Shown one piece after another: positions 42,305 through 59,959 of a stretch of 64,000 nucleotides of DNA. This DNA is from the human T2T-CHM13v2.0 reference genome, Homo sapiens. The translations under genes and the position numbers were made by a program. Position 1 is the first letter of the stretch; every line of letters starts with the position of its first letter. The stretch lies in assembly GCF_009914755.1 (NCBI RefSeq), contig NC_060929.1. One strand, given 5' to 3'. Below the pieces are notes generated by a model. It saw only the letters and a list, made by a program, of their open reading frames with translations, was not told the origin of the DNA and searched no databases.

Positions 42305-44614
42305 GGCTCCATCTACCTCCTATTTGTACCCATTATTAGAGTATTCCCCTCTAGGTGCCCTAAGAGCCTGGGTGTTTTCCTAGGCCCCCTTCTACTTAGC
42401 AAGTACTGCACTGCAATTCTTCTCTCCAGTACCATGTGACTGGGGAAAATTGCTGTTCTTCAAATGTCTTCTGCTTCATTTCTTAAGTCTATGGTCTCGC
42501 ATAGCTTGGTCAGCAAATATCTCAAAGAAAAAACCAGTGCAAGATGTTAGGCTGATTTCTCTGCATCTCTCTTCTTTCTGTGATCTTGACCCTTTAATTT
42601 CTGGCTGTCTTGGCAGCCCACATTCCAATTTCTGTCTCTCTAGCTTTATGAAATTGACTAAAGTCCCACTCATTTATCTGCCTCTTAGAAGCTATCCAAT
42701 GCCTGTCTTCTCAGTCTCTTGCCTTACTTTAATGACAAATGTCCAAAGAGAAAAAGAGTGTGTGGAAAGTTGAATGCATTTCTGTAAGTGTTCCCCTCTC
42801 TAGGATCTGATTCTCAATTCCTAGATTTCTTGGCAGCTTTATAAAACCCTCAACTAGATGCCTGTTTATGCTTTATCTAGCTTTTCTCAATGGAGGTGCT
42901 GGTTTGGCTACAAGATATTCCATTATAGTCAGAAGTGAAAGGTCATGACATTCATTTAATTGTTAAAATATACTCTCATTTTCAATGACATGTATTTTAA
43001 ATAAATATACTTTATTATAAAAATAAATCTGAAATAATAGGACTATTCTAATGTAGCAAGGTCAAAAAAACACATCTATTTAGTTTGAATTATTAGAAGT
43101 ATATTAAATTTACATTTATATACACAACACTGTTTTGTTTTGCTCACTAGAATCATAATATACTTCATGATTTTATTACTTTTTAGTATGTGGCCAGTTA
43201 CATACATTGTTAGTCATCCCTAAAGCATTTACTCAGCAGTTACTGTACATAGCACTGAATTTAGTAATGTATAAGACATAGTACTTTCTTTGGGGAAGTA
43301 ACAATCTAGAACAACAAATAAGACAAACAAGTATGAAAATGATATTATAAAGTAGTATGAGAATGTATTGAAATAGGAATACAGAAAATAGTGCTATAAA
43401 GTAAAATAATGGTTAATATTTACTCCAGAAGCTGAAATCACTAAACTGCATGATAGAACTAAAAGGGACCTTAGACACCATCTAGTCTGACACTTTAATT
43501 TTATAGCTGAAGAGACCTTTGCTAACAAATTAAATGACTTATCTAAAGCAACAAATCTCATAAGTGGCAGAATGGAACTAGAACTCTGGCATCTACAGTC
43601 TTGGCTCAATGTAATTGTAAAAAAAGATGTGACCTTAGGAGAAGGGAAGAGTTGCAAGGGAAAGGGACTTGAGGTAGGGAATACAACAGATTCAAAACAC
43701 GATCAGTTTAGTTGCAGCAAAGCATTTGTGTTGAAAACTGGTAGAACATAGGATTGAAGGAACAAGGGTTGATGTCATGGAGAACTTGGAATGCCAGGCT
43801 GAGTTTAGACAATGGGAATCCCTAGAGGGTTTGGGTAGTGACATGATGAAACTGCTTTATAATAAGATTAATTCTGGGGTAGAACTTAGTGTAGAAAATG
43901 TAGAAGGTAAGGCAGTGATTTTAGTAGTCCAGATGTGCAGTAAAGGCAAGGTAAATAGAAAAGAGAGGTATGAGAGAGTTTGAAGAAAGGATTGCTAAGA
44001 TTTTATGACTAAATTTAATGAGATGTGATCATGTTCAGTTGGGACCATGTTAAGTTTGAAGGGATGACACTACATTTAAGTATAGAGGTACTGTAGAAAA
44101 GTAGAGACATATCAGAGTAGAGCTCAGAGAAAAGATTAGCACTCGGAATGTAAATTTGACCAAATGTCATACAAACTATTATCCATTGCTTGTCTTTACT
44201 AAGCTACAGTATTAACAGCTTTCTCCTTCAAGTTTTTAGATCAATCAAAGATAAATCCAATTTTCTACTTTAGATTACTAGATCATAGTATTTTTCACAA
44301 AGGGATAATAATATTAGCTAACAGTTTTTGAGCATTTACTATATGCTATGTACTGTACTAGGTACTTTACATATTTTGGCTCATTTAATCCTCACAACCA
44401 TACTATAATCATTATTCCCATTTACAGATGAGAAAGACACACAGAGGTTTGGACATTTGCCCAATGTCATACAGCTGTCAGCAGCACAGCCAGGATATGA
44501 ACTCAAGTAGTCTAGCTCTTCTTAACCACTGTACTGCTTTCACATCTAACATATATGACATCTCAGCAAATAATCATACTAAAATGGTTTAGGATTAAAT
44601 TCTCCTTTATCCTA

Positions 44615-44785
<171 letters not shown>

Positions 44786-44809
44786 TCAAAATTTACATTA
44801 ACTGACTTA

Positions 44810-46700
44810 TGTGAGTTTCAAAACTGGTACTATATTAAGAACAAGTAGTAGTCTCAGGTAGGATGATATGAATGGCCAAACCGAGATCACATGCCTGTGT
44901 CCAAGCTGTGTAGAAGGCGAGAAAGAATGTCCAGGCATCTCTAGATTCAGGCTCCCACTGTGTGATGTAGAGACATACCTCCTACTAAGGGTCACAATGT
45001 GAAAGATTCTCTGTTTTTGTACTATATACAGCCTGGAGGCATCAGCCAACTACACTGGACTTCTTTCATCTTGAAAGAGTGATTTGGTCTTACTGGAAGA
45101 GACAGCTGTTTTGGTTTTGGATTTGCTTTTCCAAAGTCTCATTCTATTAGCACTACTATTCTTAGAATTATTGAATGCCTCACACACCTCCATGGTATTC
45201 TATACAATATTGCTTCTTATCAAGGAACTTATTCTATGACCAAAGAATGCAACTGGTGTAGGCCCATGAGATTCACATCTTATGTAACCCACCATCCATA
45301 AAAACATAACATGTTGAAGACTCTATGACGTCAGCTACAATACACCACCTTGTGAGGGTGGTATGCTGTCCTGAAGGATGCAGTATATGCTCTGAACCAG
45401 TGACCAACATAGTGTGTTACCTAACTGGATCTTGATTCAAACAAACTGGCTTTTAAGAGAGATTTATGAGACGAAGAGGGAAATTTGAACACAGACTGGA
45501 TATTTAATATAGATAATTTTTGTGTATTTAAGATAGTGGTACTGTAGTTATGCTCATAAAGTCTTTATCTTTTAGAGATATAAATAATTATGAATAAACG
45601 ATAGGTTGTTCGAGATTTGCTTCAACATAATTATGAGGGTGGATGGGTGGGAGGTAGAGATGAAACAAGATTGGTTATGATGGTTGGTGAAGCTGGGTGA
45701 TTGATACACAGGTCATTATACAACTCTCCAATCTTGTATATGTTTGAAATTTCCCATAGAAAACAAAAGTTAACAGAAGACTTCTGCAACCCTATGCAGA
45801 TACAACCGTGATGCTTTTGGATTCCTTAAGATGAAGGTTTGGGACCTTAAAACATTTGTGGTGCTATCTGAAGGAATGAGAACACAAAGAAGGAAAGTCT
45901 TAAGTGCCAGCTCTGGCATTAAAACAGCTGCAAAAATACAAGAACTATAGTGCCTACTCATATTTCCTTTTTTTCTCTGTAAATATTCATATATTTTAAC
46001 TAATTTTCTCTTTCCTCTCTTACCTTTATTATTTTTATAGGTTAACTATATCATTGAGTCCACAAATTGTATAATACTGATATAGGATAAATTAAACTAG
46101 TGGAAAAATGAACATGACCTTGAAATGGAGCCAGGTGTGGTAACTAAATCAACTTAGGATCATCACCCTTTGGGGAAGAGGATGATCACCTTTTTGGCTG
46201 TATAGTGAAGATTTGCATTAGGTTAGGCTGGAACATTTTTTTAAAAAACAGTAATTATGGGAAGAAAGGTGTATACGCATGCTGGACAGCCAAATGGGTG
46301 GATTGTAGGGAACATGTGCCTTTTTTTCTTGGCTGATGAGCATTCAAACTCCTATTTAGAGGAAATGCCCTTTGTTTTACTGAAAATAAGAGCTCTACCT
46401 CTTCTTACAGAAAGCAAGGGACTCTAGACATTCTCTTTTCCTAGGAGAGTTAGCCATTATTCAAAGCTGAGGAGTTGAGAGTCTGCGTTGGTGACATATA
46501 GCAAAACCCAAACTAATGTTCCTGTGGTGTGACCCTGACTGTGTTCTCTATCCTGACTTCTTTTGTTTTCTGCTCATTTTCTAAGTCTGATTCTCCCATC
46601 TTCCTGACAGTTATGTGAGATACTAAATATTCTTCCAATAAATTTCGCTTAAGATAAGCAGATTGATTTCCTTTTGCTCCTAAGAATATTGACTTCTACA
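44810..46700 (+). mobile_element. MaLR internal remnants plus MLT-type LTR (about 46304-46700); bounds approximate
   Basis: PPT-like gacagccaaatgggtgga then tgtaggg...ccaataaat...taca. Confidence 0.5.
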
Positions 46701-48420
46701 GAGATTTTTCCAGTGATACTACTTTTAAATGAAACAAATTTTTAATGTAGTGATAACAAATAAAAGCTCACTTATATTTTAAGTTTAAATTTTAAAATAG
46801 GATATTTTATTATGTTACTATATATGTTCTGTTATTTTCATTTATATTTAATAAGAATTTTGGTAGAGGAAAGGAATCTTTTTAGTGCTCAAGGACAAAC
46901 ACATTAAGTATACTAATAGTAAGCATCAGAAAATAGTCTAAGTCACATTAACTTAATAATAGTCTTTATTGAAATTATTTTTAAATTGGATTGTAAATCC
47001 TTCAGATGTATAAAATGTTATTATAACTCATTTTGTAAAGATGCATACTATATGTCCATTTTCAAATTCAAAGTCACACTTTTAAATATAGAATCTGAAT
47101 CCAAGAATAAAATCACAGTAAAACAAGACTGACACATTACGCATTTACTTATGTCACAAACCAAAACAAAGCAAATCACAGTTCCTCACGGAATATTATG
47201 TAGCACGTAGAATAGGTGAAAATACTATTTTGCTATGTAACAAAATAAATTTAATGTTAAAATGTTAGCTAGGATAAAAATAAGATAAAAATGAATTTAA
47301 TTAATTAACATGACTTTTTTTGTTATTGAGGGTGGGAAGAGAGTATATATGGCCTAAGTCTCTAAGTTCTAGAGTATTTGAGGCGATATCTTGTTTTGTA
47401 CTAAGTATTCCTGTAAGTACATTGCTTTTCACTTATGCAGTGGTTTCGGTTTTCAACACGCTTTTAAAAAGATAGTATTTCATTTAATTCTCATAGAAAC
47501 GTATAAGAACCACAGGGCATGTATACTGATTTCTAAAATAAAATAATGTGAAGCTGAGATTAACTGATTTTCCCAAATTTGTATTTCTAATGCGAAACAC
47601 CAGAGCCAACAAACAATAGCAAATCTCCTCCGAAATATTCCATAGCATATATTCTAATGCTTTGGGAAGAGCTGTAATAGATAGTTGATGTTAATGTTTA
47701 CAAAGTTTTCCCTCTTGAAAGCATTTTCTCAGTGCCCATTCTCCCTGTTAATTCAAAGGTCTGCTCATTATCAGATTGAATGTAGGTGAAGAGAAAGGAT
47801 TAAATGACCACAATGGAAAAATTACAATGTCACAAAACATTTTATTAGAGACTTAAAAAAAATTATCACAAGATTGGTAAGCCAGTAGAGAACAGTCAGA
47901 GAAGACAAGTATTACAGATGTATGTTTTTAAGTTAGACATCTTTGAGTAAGTAGAGAGACAAGACAGGGGTGAGTGGGTATATGTGTATGTGTGTGTTTG
48001 GTGAGGGAATACCAATATGTTTAGTATATCTAAACCTTTTTCTTCCATTAGTATCAGGTGAAAATCTAATTTGTGTTTATAATTAGCTGAAGGACTATAA
48101 ATGAATCTTACACTAAGTGGTACTAAAAACTCTAATTAGTTACTGAGATGTGCTATGTAGGTAAAGAAAAAGAAGGACATAATCACAAGTTTTTTAAAAA
48201 TAAAATACTAATGAAAATTGATACTGAAGTTGCTTTGGGGAAGACACATGTTAAAAAACTATACCTGAATGTCAGTTACTATTTTCAAGAAAGTGTCAAG
48301 GAACAGCCATGCAAATGTGTTATGTGAACCATTCGCTTGACCCATTCACTTGACTGCAATTTTCATGTTTTGCATTCGATGCAAAAAATACTCAACTATT
48401 TACAAATTCATAAATTTTTA

Positions 48421-48564
<144 letters not shown>

Positions 48565-51500
48565 TTATCATTTTATTTATTATTTAGTCCATTTATTTAT
48601 GATTGCAAATTTCTAAAAACTGATTTGCAAACACTCAAATGTATTAAGGATACATTAATTTATAATAAGTTAATCCTCAATAACACAGACTTCATAAACT
48701 AAAATTTCTTAATATTTAATACAAGAATGAATATAAAAAAATTCATTCTGTGATCATTTCAAGTTTACTTCCATAACTTCAAAAAGAAAGGGTGACAGAA
48801 ACAAGACGGCAAAAGAGATTTCTTAAGAAAGTAAAATATTACAAAGTTATTTTAAATGTCCTAATTATGACTATGCTAAATAAAAAAGGAATTAGACAAA
48901 CCAACTATTACTGACACTTGCTATTTGGCTCTGGGCAAGTTATACCACCTGTCTAAGACTCAACATTTGTAAAGGAGGGGGACATTTTTACCTGAATCAC
49001 AGTGTTGATAATAAAAGTGCAAAATTCTTTTTATAGTACCTGGCAAAAAATAGGGGCTCAATAAATGTTAGATTCCTTCCTTCTCTTATGAATGCATTCA
49101 CTCAATTCATTCAACTTTAAGTTCCTACAATGTTAGACACTCTGCTAAAACAACTGTCAACAAGGCAGGCATGGTTCCTGTCTTCGCAGAGTTTACAATC
49201 CAATAGGGAAAACAAGTAGTATGCATAATCACACAAATTATTAGTTATGATTGGGATCACTGTGACAATAACTTATTTTTATTCTAGTTTGGAAATTCAG
49301 GAGCAGTTTCCCTGATTGCAATATTTAAGCTGGTATGTGAAGGATGATTCAAAGTTAGCCAGAAAGGTGTGAAAGTAACAATCCAAGCCCATTCTAGGAA
49401 CCAAAAGAAGGGATTTGTTGCTGGAGCAGTGTGGAAGGGAAAGAGTGGTGAGAGATGAGAGGCAGGAGCCAAACCACTGAAGCCTTACTTTTGGGAGTAA
49501 AAGAGGGTGCTAAAAAATTAGCAGTATCTTTTTTTGGAAACAATTATTGACTCACTCTCAAGCTGGTCTATTATATTGGTAGAACCTACAAAATTATTCT
49601 ATTCAAAAACTTTGCAAAAATATTTCTAAAAAGTAAAAGTAACAAGCATATATACTAAAGCTATATACATTGATTGAACTTAATAATTTGTAAAATCATT
49701 CTTGGTACTTCATATACTTTAATCAGTTTCTTAACCATATTTGTCTCTAATACTGTTACTGTGTTTTTTTAAATGGGATTTTTCAATATGATCTTATTAG
49801 TTTTTTTGGCATAAAATTGTCTAAAAATCATCTTTAAATCTGGAGTTGTTGACACCTTTAACTGACTTCCCTAAAAGCCATAATGTTTAATTTAGGAAAT
49901 AACAATAGTTGATGAGGTATATGATAAGTTCAGAGAAAATTCTGCAAAATGGAGGATATTCTTGAAATGTGCAAATATTTCAGGTTATTTTCACTGTTTT
50001 TACCTTAATTCAAAGTACCTTTCTTTAGTATACTTATTTTTTTACAAGACAAAATTCTCCTTGAACAAATTCTTTATGTCTCTTTTGGAAGTTACACCAA
50101 ATTTAAATATTATAAAATCTTAGACATTGTGAATGTTATTCCATTACAAAATATACATTTATCCCAATTACAAATATACATTTATCCCAATCAAAAATAG
50201 GGGAACCATCAAAAATTCTTCACAGAGATCCAAACAATGCAATCTCTCTACATCATCACTCTTTCCTTTTCACCTCAAAGTAACTCATTATCATGATTTT
50301 TATCGTAGTCACTGTCTTTCTCTTCTGTATAGTTCATAGTTCATCACCTTAGAGTGTACACATGAATATTAGCTTTGCTTTTTAAAAAAATTTTAATGTC
50401 TTTTAACTTTAAGCTATAGGTCTCCTCTACCTTTCTTCCTCCCTCCTGTACTTTTCCCCTCTCTTGTAATTTATTTGTTGCAAAAACCAGATCATTTGTC
50501 CTGTAATTTCCAGCCTGGACTTTGGTGACTGCATTCATGTGCTATAATTTAAAATAATTTCTATTTCCCATTGCTCTTTGTTGTGATGTGATATTAGCAG
50601 ACAAACCAATATCTAGATCCATCAATTTATACATTTATATAAAGTGTTGCTATCTGCTAATATTATTGCTCACCGTCAATCCTTAAGTTGCTGTCTCTCT
50701 TGTCATTCTGGTTGAATGATTTCATTCTCTGGTTGATTCCTAAGGAATGGCTAATGAGAACAACAGTCTCTGAATTCTTGTGTTGTTGACAATTTATCCG
50801 TCCTTTTTGTATCTGAAATCAGTTTGGCTGGATATAAAATCCTTGACTCACATTTTATTTCCTTGAGCATCTTGGATAAGAAGCTTCATTTCTTCTGCCA
50901 GAAAGCCCAAAGTCAAAGTCTAGTGACAATATAAATCCCCCCCTCTTATATAAAGTTCCAGATCTTATTTATCCTAGAAAAGCTTTCTTGAATTATTGTT
51001 TTAATATTTATTCTGCTCTTTTGCCTTGGTTTCTTTTTTGGGAACTTCTATCATATGTTATGCTGGATCTTCTTTGCCTATGTTCTATATATACACCTCT
51101 TGAATTATTTTCCTCTGTTCATTTCTTTTTGGCTTTTAAAATTTTCCTCCTTTCTAGTTTCTATTTCTAAGGCATTACCTCTTCCATTTATTTGTGTTCT
51201 TTAAGTTTTAGTCAGTCTTCATTTCTGAAATATTTTTATTTCTAATTTTCTGAGTTTGAGCATCTCATTTCTGAGGTTTTCTAATAACTTAACATTATTC
51301 TCTCATTTATTATATGTTTATAAAACAACTTTTACCTAGTTTTGAAATATTAGGTTAGAGTTCTCATCTGTTTTATAGATACTTCTTTCCGGTGTGACTT
51401 CACTATCTGTAGCAGCTTTAGTCCACTTCTTATTCTCTTTGTTTTTATAATGATTTTGTAGGAACTTTGACCTTAATCCTATTCCTTTGCTCATTTTTAT

Positions 51501-52209
51501 GTAAAATTAATTTTCTTAACCTTTTAGAATGGAGGCTTGACTTACAATAATGTTTAAATTTTATATATTAAAACATCCTCTTCTTCCCTTAAAAATTTTT
51601 TTTGGGGGGTAAGATTTCAAAATATGGAAGCTTACTTTCAGAGATTTCCTGTTTCTGTTCACCTTTCCAATTTTATCGGGGACATCTTTTTCCTTTGTTT
51701 CTATTGTCTCTGTACTGCTCAATTTGGATTCTATTTCCAGCAGTTTTCCTCAGTATATAGTTCTGTACTGGGGGCGCACTTTGACTGGTTAGCTCTTTGG
51801 AAAGATATTAGAGTCCAGACTGCTATAGCTCCTTCTGGTCTTACCATGGGCCACTCAAACATATCTACAATTAGAGTATGCCATCTTCTCCCAGTTTGAG
51901 CTGCTGTAGTCAAATTTGCTTGCTAAGTTTTCAACCAACCTGTTGGTTACTTTGGACTTATCCAGGTATATCAGATGCCTTATCGCTTTTTACTGCCTCC
52001 TCTAGCAAAAATGCTGGTAGTGCACAGATCTTTTAGTTGTCAGTGGTTTGTTCCCACTTATTCACAGTTTGGGGTTTGTAGGGATACTTCATGACCTAGT
52101 TTGGTTGTAAGTGTTAATCTGGTTTTTCCTATTTGCCATTTTTAGTCTCTTTATGTGTTTTAATGGAGAACTAGAGGAACATTAAAAACTGCATTGACAT
52201 TGTCATCTT

Positions 52210-54130
<1,921 letters not shown>

Positions 54131-54370
54131 GCTGTCCTTGAATAGAAGGTGTTACACTGAGCCTGGAAAAGGTCAGGAAAAAGAAAAGAATTATTACTCA
54201 TCTTTTAGATTTAACCACATGCTAAAGTAAGATGTTTCTCATATACTAGTAGATGAGACCATGGTGGAAGCTGGAAGTAAAAAGTGGAAGTTTATCAAAT
54301 CTGTTCTGACTTGACTTAATGTATTAATAATAATATTTCAGTATAAAATAAAAATTCTGGGGGAAATGCT

Positions 54371-54507
54371 AAACATACCATAACACCAAAAACTGTTTCC
54401 TTTAGTTAATGCTATATGTGGCCTAATTATAGGCCACATGAAACATACCATAACACAAACTGCTTCCTTTAGTTAATGCTATATGTGGCCTAATTGTAGG
54501 CCACATG
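54371..54507. repeat. Tandem duplication (70 + 67 bp), each unit ending in a 10-bp-stem palindrome
   Basis: aaacataccataacac...atgtggcctaatt(a/g)taggccacatg occurs twice. Confidence 0.92.
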
Positions 54508-55246
54508 AAAGGTTTTGTACGGTCTTTTAAGAGTAATGCAGTGTTATGACGAATTGTAAGTAGGAGAATATGTTCAGAATTGAGTTTTTCAAAGCATTTT
54601 GGCTGCTGTGTAGAGACTGGGCTGAAAGGAGTAAAAGTATATGTAATACTGCTTTTGATTAATAGTGGCAGCAGTGGTGGCAACTGTTTATGACGTGCCA
54701 GGTCTTACGTTAATCATGTTGTGCATATTATCTCAATCTTCAAAACAAGCTTGTTAGGTAGGTACTATTGTTCCCATTGTATAGCTAAGGCAACTGATAA
54801 TTCGAAAGGTTAGGTAAGGGTAAAGCCAGGAAGAACTCAAATATAATTCTTATTTGTTTCTAATCTAATTCTTCAAAAGAGTCTTTCACTTTTTATATTT
54901 ATTTTACCATTAGACTTTTTTGAGAGTAGCAACTATGTTTTAAAATAGCACCTAAAGACACATTCTAGCACCTAAAAGCCCTCTGCATCCAAAAGAAGTT
55001 CAATGTTTGTTAATTTAACAATAAGTAAATATTTATATTAAAGTAGCTTGGAAATGTTTATTTGACAACATTTGGTAGGTTCGATGTTTTGTATTTACTT
55101 GAAATTAATAATGCCAGATTCAAAAATGCTACAATTTAGGATTTTCATTAATTTTAATGAAACTTCTACATCATTAATTTGAAAAAGCAGGTTTTACTGC
55201 ATTTCACTTAGAAAGAAAAATGATTATACAAGTATAATAAACTTAC

Positions 55247-55413
<167 letters not shown>

Positions 55414-55696
55414 TTACTTATGGTACAAAAATCACAAGAAATGTCTAAATCTTCTACCACACATCCTAACGTATTTATAGATTTTTAGACATCTTGTATA
55501 AATGTTTAAAATATCAGCAGTAGTAACAATTACATGCAAACTTTTAAAGGTATTTAAAGACGGAAATTTGTACGAAAAAAGTTAAATTCTGATAAATGTA
55601 GCTGAGGACATCTAATGGACAAAAGCATAAATTACAGGATTAAAAAAATTCCTTGAAATGTTTCTTAAAGACGGACAGAAATAAAAAATGAGTATG

Positions 55697-55980
55697 GGCT
55701 GGGTGCAGTGGCTCATGCCTGTAATCCTAGCGCTTTGGGAGGCTGAGGTGAGAAGACTCCCTGAGACCAGGAGTTGGAAAGCACCCCAGGCAACATAGCG
55801 AGACCCCATCTCTACAAAAAATAAAATAAAAATAAGCTGGGCATGGTGGTGGGCTCCTATGCAGGAGACTGAGGCAGGAGGATTGCTTGAGCCCAGGAGT
55901 TCAAGGATGCAGTGAGCCATAATCACTTCATTGCACTCCAGCCTGGGTGACAGAGTGAGATCCTGTCTTAAAAGAAAAGA
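55697..55980 (+). mobile_element. Alu (J family)
   Basis: ggattgcttgagcccaggagttcaagg diagnostic. Confidence 0.88.
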
Positions 55981-56530
55981 GACTATGTTCAACTTAACAT
56001 TTATGTGTATTTAAATAAAGCCACTTAAATATCAATACAAATAATTAACAAGTACTCTCACAAACTAAGACAAATGACATTTCTGATATTTTATAACTGT
56101 AAACCATCATTATCCTGGTGAGCATATTATTAAGATTAAATGAGTTTGTATATAAAAGGTGCTAATTACAATGCCTAGTACATTGTAAGTATCTAGCGAA
56201 TATTAACTATTTGAATCTCTCTTAATCTGTTGGCTGTTATTAGCATCTACACTAATTTAACCAGAATTATTTCTAAATTCATTATTGATTAAAATAATGC
56301 TAGTTTAAATATCAAATTATAAATTTTTGGCCTATAAAATTATCAGTTTTTTAAAAAGATAACAATGCACAATGCTGGAAAGGCATAAACTGATACTTTC
56401 ATTCATTGACATTAGTACAAGTAATTATAAGCATTTTGGAAATCATTTTAGCAGTATAAAGTATCTGATTTGAAGATATACATGGCCCTTTGTCTTCTAG
56501 ACATTACATATAGTACAACAATGACAAGCA

Positions 56531-57522
<992 letters not shown>

Positions 57523-57692
57523 GCCTACTACTCATTGTAATAGGTAGTAATAAGAAGTGTAATAAGTGGTAGTCCCAGGAGTGGTGATTATTATTAAATG
57601 CATCTCCTGATTATAAGATTAATAGAAGAGTAATTTGCCCAAGGTCACACAGCTAATATTTGGCTGAGCCGCATTTGAACTTTAACATTAAA

Positions 57693-57999
<307 letters not shown>

Positions 58000-58620
58000 T
58001 GAACTTTGACATTCTTTCCCCAGACCACTATGCTGTTCTGTCATTTCTGAACTTCAATATTTCATCAAAACTTTTTTTTTCATATTTTTCCATTGAAATT
58101 GCCATTTTTCTGAAAATATTTTTCCATATGATCATTTTTCAAATTACAACAGAATATATGCTCTTTGTAACAAGTAAAAACAGTATCATTCAAACATGTA
58201 TAAAGGTAATCATCTTTTCCTTCAGCTCCCTCTTCCTAACAGTAAGAAGCATGGCTCCCAGTAAGAAGCATGGCTCCCATTACTACCAATATATTTATCA
58301 ATCCCCTGTATGTAACCAATCTCCCATCTCCACTACCATCCCCTCCCCCAACAGCTTGGGCTCTGATTTCTGTCTCCTCTAAAATCCTTATCACCTAAAT
58401 TTGTATGTCCCCACAATTAAACTACTTCCTCAACCTGCTCAGGCTCTGAAATTCCACTCTAGGAAACCTAATCCCATACTAAGTGAGAAAGCTTACCTCT
58501 GCCCAACATAATGACTTCAGGACTGAATTGTCTGTGAACTAGAAGGAGAGTTTAAGATGAAGGGAAAAGGGCAATAATCCTATAAAGGGAAAGAGAGGTG
58601 GGGAGTGGCAGGAGACAAGG

Positions 58621-59178
58621 TGTACAAAACATAGGTTAACATAGCAGGCCTGAGACGGCTACCCTTAAAAAGTTCTGCTTGCAAGATTGGCTCTTGGTTA
58701 CAGTCTGGGATTTCAGGAGGGTGCCCACCATGACTGGATAAGAATGGCTCACTGTGCCTAAACTATTTGAGAAAATAATGTGCTTTATGATGAATACCTG
58801 CTCTACTTTTGGGAGTCTGGAATTTTGGTACATGCTAGATAGAGGGTGCCTTTATGAACGGTACCCAGTAAAAACCTTCAACATTGAGTCTCTAATGAGC
58901 TTCCCTGATAGACATTTCACATATGTTGTCACAATTTGTTGCTAAAGGAATAGAGTGTGTCCTGTGTGACTCCACTAGGAAAGGATTCTTGGAAGCCTGT
59001 GCCTGGTTTCCTCCACACTTTGCCCATGCACCTATTCCCTTTGCTGAGTTTATCTTGTATCTTTTCACTGTAATAAATCACAGTCATGAGTAATTGAGTC
59101 ATAATTAAATGCTGAGTTCTCAGCCCTTCTAGAAAATCATAAAACCTGGGGATGGTCTTGAGGACTTCCCCCAACACA
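58621..59178 (+). mobile_element. Solo LTR (MER68-like)
   Basis: Starts tgtacaaaacataggttaacatagcaggcctgagac; AATAAA near 59072; ends ...caacaca. Confidence 0.72.
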
Positions 59179-59399
59179 ATGGCATAGGAGTAGAGGGAAA
59201 AGAGAAGGGAAAATGGGCAAGGAGAGAGGAAAGAGTAGACACATAAAGGAGGGAGGGTAAAAAGGGAAAGAGAAGAGGGAAGGCAGAAGAGCCTGGGGTA
59301 GAAGGGTAAGGACAAAAAGCAAGCCCTGGTGTCTTTTAAAATCACCTTTCCAATCTCTTTTTTATATAAAAGCATTGCTTACTGGTTATTAATAGCTAG

Positions 59400-59908
<509 letters not shown>

Positions 59909-59959
59909 CTGTATTTTCTATCTACTATATATTACTTAGTTTTTGTTTTACTTTTTTGA

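Noticed and set aside
58240-58279. 20-bp tandem duplication cagtaagaagcatggctccc (similar 23-24 bp duplication at about 50143-50190)
   Set aside because: Ordinary slippage duplications with no sign of function.
59185-59310. Purine-rich tract and overlapping 148-aa hydrophobic ORF (58929-59375)
   Set aside because: Low-complexity GA sequence plus LTR antisense; no mirror symmetry or coding signal.
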